Source: a virus | Taxonomy: Duplodnaviria; Heunggongvirae; Uroviricota; Caudoviricetes | Length of the DNA stretch: 20,197 nucleotides | Virus record (IMG/VR): IMGVR_UViG_2541047960_000002 | Strand: one strand, 5' to 3' | Shown here: one piece after another, positions 18,613-20,197 of the stretch | Layout of the letters: every line of letters starts with the position of its first letter | Numbering within the stretch: position 1 is the first letter of the stretch | Made by a program: the position numbers and the translations under genes | Notes under the pieces: model-generated | What the model was told of the DNA's origin: nothing | Seen by the model: only the letters and a program-made list of their open reading frames with translations | The model's database searches: none

Positions 18613-18740
18613 TCATTTAATCACATTCCAAAAAAAAGTTTTCGAACCTGCGGCGATGCGAGGAAAGGTCAGGCGGCGGTACTGAGCAGCCAGGGTTGCA
18701 GAGATTTGACCCGCCCCTCCCCTGCAGATGGGAACTGTTA
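18613..18740. other. Intergenic region between HNH endonuclease and small terminase; candidate location of the cos packaging site
   Basis: 128-nt non-coding gap with GC-rich motifs (GGGGAGGGGCGGG, AGGCGGCGG) and an 8-T run on the minus strand; HNH-terminase pairing is typical of HK97-like cos phages. No exact lambda cosN (GGGCGGCGACCT) is present. Confidence 0.3.
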
Positions 18741-19091
18741 TCAATTGATGCGTTCGCGCGCTGTTTTTGCTTTATGACAGGGCCAGCACAGACTCTGCAG
18801 GTTACTGTCTGCATCTGTGCCACCATGAGCTTTCGGAATGATGTGGTCCACAGTTCTGGCTTCAACGGCTCTCCCATTGCGCAGGCAGTTCTGACACAGA
18901 TGATTATCACGCTTCAGTATGCGCGCACGTATGGCATCCCATTTCGAACCATAGCCACGCTGGTGGCGACTCAGTCCTCGTTGATGCTGTACCCATCCTT
19001 CGCCACGATGTTTATCGCAGTAACCAGAACTGTCTGTGGTTGTTCCTGCACATCCACGCTTACGGCAGGCACGTGGGATTAGTGATGGCAT
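18741..19091 (-). CDS. HNH endonuclease (terminase-associated)
   Basis: 116 aa with Cys-rich N-terminus (CRKRGCAGTTTDSSGYCDKH) and HNH motif (DHIIPKAHGGTDADSNLQSLCWPCH); ATG with GAGG; immediately upstream of the small terminase. Confidence 0.9.
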   Translation of the reverse strand: MPSLIPRACRKRGCAGTTTDSSGYCDKHRGEGWVQHQRGLSRHQRGYGSKWDAIRARILKRDNHLCQNCLRNGRAVEARTVDHIIPKAHGGTDADSNLQSLCWPCHKAKTARERIN

Positions 19092-19133
19092 AAATACCTC
19101 ATACCCTGCGAAATGTTTACCACGATAAAAAGG

Positions 19134-19598
19134 CTACTTAATGCACTGAGTGCGGATATACTCCTGTGCCCCTTCCAGTTGCATCTGCATCGTCATCAGC
19201 CGCTCTCTGAGGGTGAAATAATCCCGTTCAGCGGTGTCTTCCAGTCGGGGGCTGGTTGCATTATCCACGCCGGAGGCGGTGGTGGCTTCACGCACTGACT
19301 GACAGACTGCTTTGATGTGCAACCGACGACGACCAGCGGCAACATCAGCGCGCAGAGTTTCATTTTCAGCTTTCGCATTGGCTAATTCTCTCGAGTACTT
19401 TGCATCGAGCGCAGCAACATCACGCTGACGCTGCTGCATGTCAGCGATGGTGGCGATCGCCAGCTTCAGCTCACTGACTTTTTTATCACGCTGTTCTTTG
19501 TAGGCGATGGCGTTATCACGGTAATGATTGACCGCCCACGACAGGCAGACGATGATGCAGATAACCAGAGCATAAATAATCGCGGCGACTCTGCTCAC
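19134..19598 (-). CDS. Rz: i-spanin Rz
   Basis: N-terminal transmembrane segment ([20 protein letters not shown]) followed by charged coiled-coil sequence; contains an embedded Rz1 in another frame; start placed at a GTG overlapping the endolysin stop (GTGA), the track start being a TTG 5 codons upstream. Confidence 0.85.
   Translation of the reverse strand: MSRVAAIIYALVICIIVCLSWAVNHYRDNAIAYKEQRDKKVSELKLAIATIADMQQRQRDVAALDAKYSRELANAKAENETLRADVAAGRRRLHIKAVCQSVREATTASGVDNATSPRLEDTAERDYFTLRERLMTMQMQLEGAQEYIRTQCIK
19196..19378 (-). CDS. Rz1: o-spanin Rz1 (outer membrane lipoprotein), embedded in Rz in a different frame
   Basis: [60 protein letters not shown] closely matches recalled lambda Rz1: lipobox VVGC and a proline-rich stretch; ATG start. 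Confidence 0.88.
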   Translation of the reverse strand: MRKLKMKLCALMLPLVVVGCTSKQSVSQCVKPPPPPAWIMQPAPDWKTPLNGIISPSESG

Positions 19599-19996
19599 TG
19601 ATCTATCCCCCAACAGGCTAATGCGCTTTCCTGGTCACGACGAATAACCTGTCCATAGCAGTTATTTGAACGTATGCGGCAATCGCGCCCACCATCTATT
19701 ATCCACCAGCGAATCGCCTCGCATGCGCCCTTACGATCACCGGCATTCAGCCGCTTATAAAACGTCGACGGAAAACACTTACCGGGGCCAATGTTATAGG
19801 GACAAAATGACGCGATACCCGCTTTTTGTGGTTCAGTCAGTGGTACTTTAATATTGCGCTCCACCCATGCCAGCGCCTTATCACGCTCAATGGCGTTGAC
19901 CTGGTCGCATTTTTCCTTCGACAGTTTCATACCGGGAAAAACGGGTTTTCCATCCACCATCGTGGCACCCCGACAGATGGTCCAGATGCCGGACCC
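19595..19996 (-). pseudogene. Endolysin (T4-type lysozyme, GH24; RrrD/P21 R-like), 5'-truncated by an IS insertion
   Basis: The C-terminal ~133 codons resemble the recalled RrrD/P21-type lysozyme (GIWTICRG...NIGPGKCFPSTFYKRLNAGDRKGACEAIRWW). Upstream of 19996 the reading frame runs into the IS terminal sequence, so the native N-terminus (membrane anchor and catalytic Glu/Asp region) is missing from this locus. Confidence 0.82.
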
Positions 19997-20197
19997 TGAA
20001 CCGCCCCGGGAATCCTGGAGACTAAACTTCCTGAGAAAGAGGTAAACAGGATGACTAAAAATACTCGTTTTTCCCCCGAAGTCCGTCAACGGGCAGTCCG
20101 TATGGTTCTGGAAAGTCAGGGCGAATATGACTCACAATGGGCGACAATTTGTTCCATTGCCCCAAAGATTGGCTGTACACCGGAGACTCTGCGTGTC
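19997..20197 (+). mobile_element. IS3-family insertion sequence (IS629-like), left end; continues past the window edge
   Basis: Terminal sequence TGAACCGCCCCGGGAATCCTGGAGACTAAACTTCC begins at 19997 with the TG typical of IS3-family inverted repeats, followed by an orfA-like gene; abrupt loss of endolysin homology at this point. Confidence 0.8.
20051..20197 (+). CDS. IS3-family transposase OrfA, N-terminal part (helix-turn-helix), partial
   Basis: ATG at 20051; translation [49 protein letters not shown] matches the recalled IS629/IS1203-type OrfA N-terminus. Truncated by the window, so absent from the ORF track. Confidence 0.8.
   Translation, partial: MTKNTRFSPEVRQRAVRMVLESQGEYDSQWATICSIAPKIGCTPETLRV

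Noticed and set aside
18613-18740. Exact lambda-type cosN (GGGCGGCGACCT)
   Set aside because: Searched by eye on both strands of the HNH to small terminase gap and found only loosely similar GC-rich motifs; I therefore report the region only as a candidate cos location, not a defined site.
18617-18910. 97-aa minus-strand ORF overlapping the HNH gene
   Set aside because: Same strand but a different frame from the HNH endonuclease, which has clear motifs; the short ORF has no features of its own.
1-20197. CRISPR arrays, tRNA or rRNA genes, integrase or attachment sites, toxin-antitoxin or other defence systems
   Set aside because: No direct-repeat/spacer architecture, no cloverleaf-like conserved tRNA motifs, and every sizeable gap is accounted for by terminators or ribosome-binding sites; the window lies inside the structural region, away from prophage ends. 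Absence is judged by eye only.

Overview
This window is the late (lysis, packaging, head, tail) region of a lambdoid siphovirus prophage of Enterobacteriaceae (E. coli-like), with essentially every real gene on the minus strand. Reading the minus strand from high to low coordinate: an IS3-family (IS629-like) element at the right edge interrupts the endolysin gene; then Rz with embedded Rz1, an HNH endonuclease, small and large terminase, a possible tiny membrane ORF, HK97-type portal, prohead protease and major capsid protein, four head-tail joining genes, a major tail protein with a C-terminal Ig-like domain, the G/GT chaperone pair with a -1 frameshift site, tape measure, lambda-like M, L, K, I and J, the Lom outer-membrane protein, and the first 25 codons of the side tail fiber Stf at the left edge. 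Five hairpin-plus-T-tract intrinsic terminators sit between these genes. I found no tRNA, rRNA, CRISPR array or recognisable defence system; this is an ordinary mosaic prophage structural region, and the most notable points are the IS-disrupted lysis cassette, the HNH/terminase junction that probably holds cos, an unannotated 46-codon membrane ORF, the internal terminators and a J protein with an enlarged coiled-coil segment and divergent C-terminus. All family assignments come from recalled protein similarity (lambda J, I, K, L, M, Stf, Rz1; HK97-type head proteins), not from a database search. ORF ends follow the supplied track; several starts were moved to internal ATG/GTG codons with Shine-Dalgarno support because the track reports the first ATG/GTG/TTG in frame. 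Hand-counted positions of hairpins and motifs may be off by 1-2 nt, since my counts disagreed with the track by 1 nt in two places.
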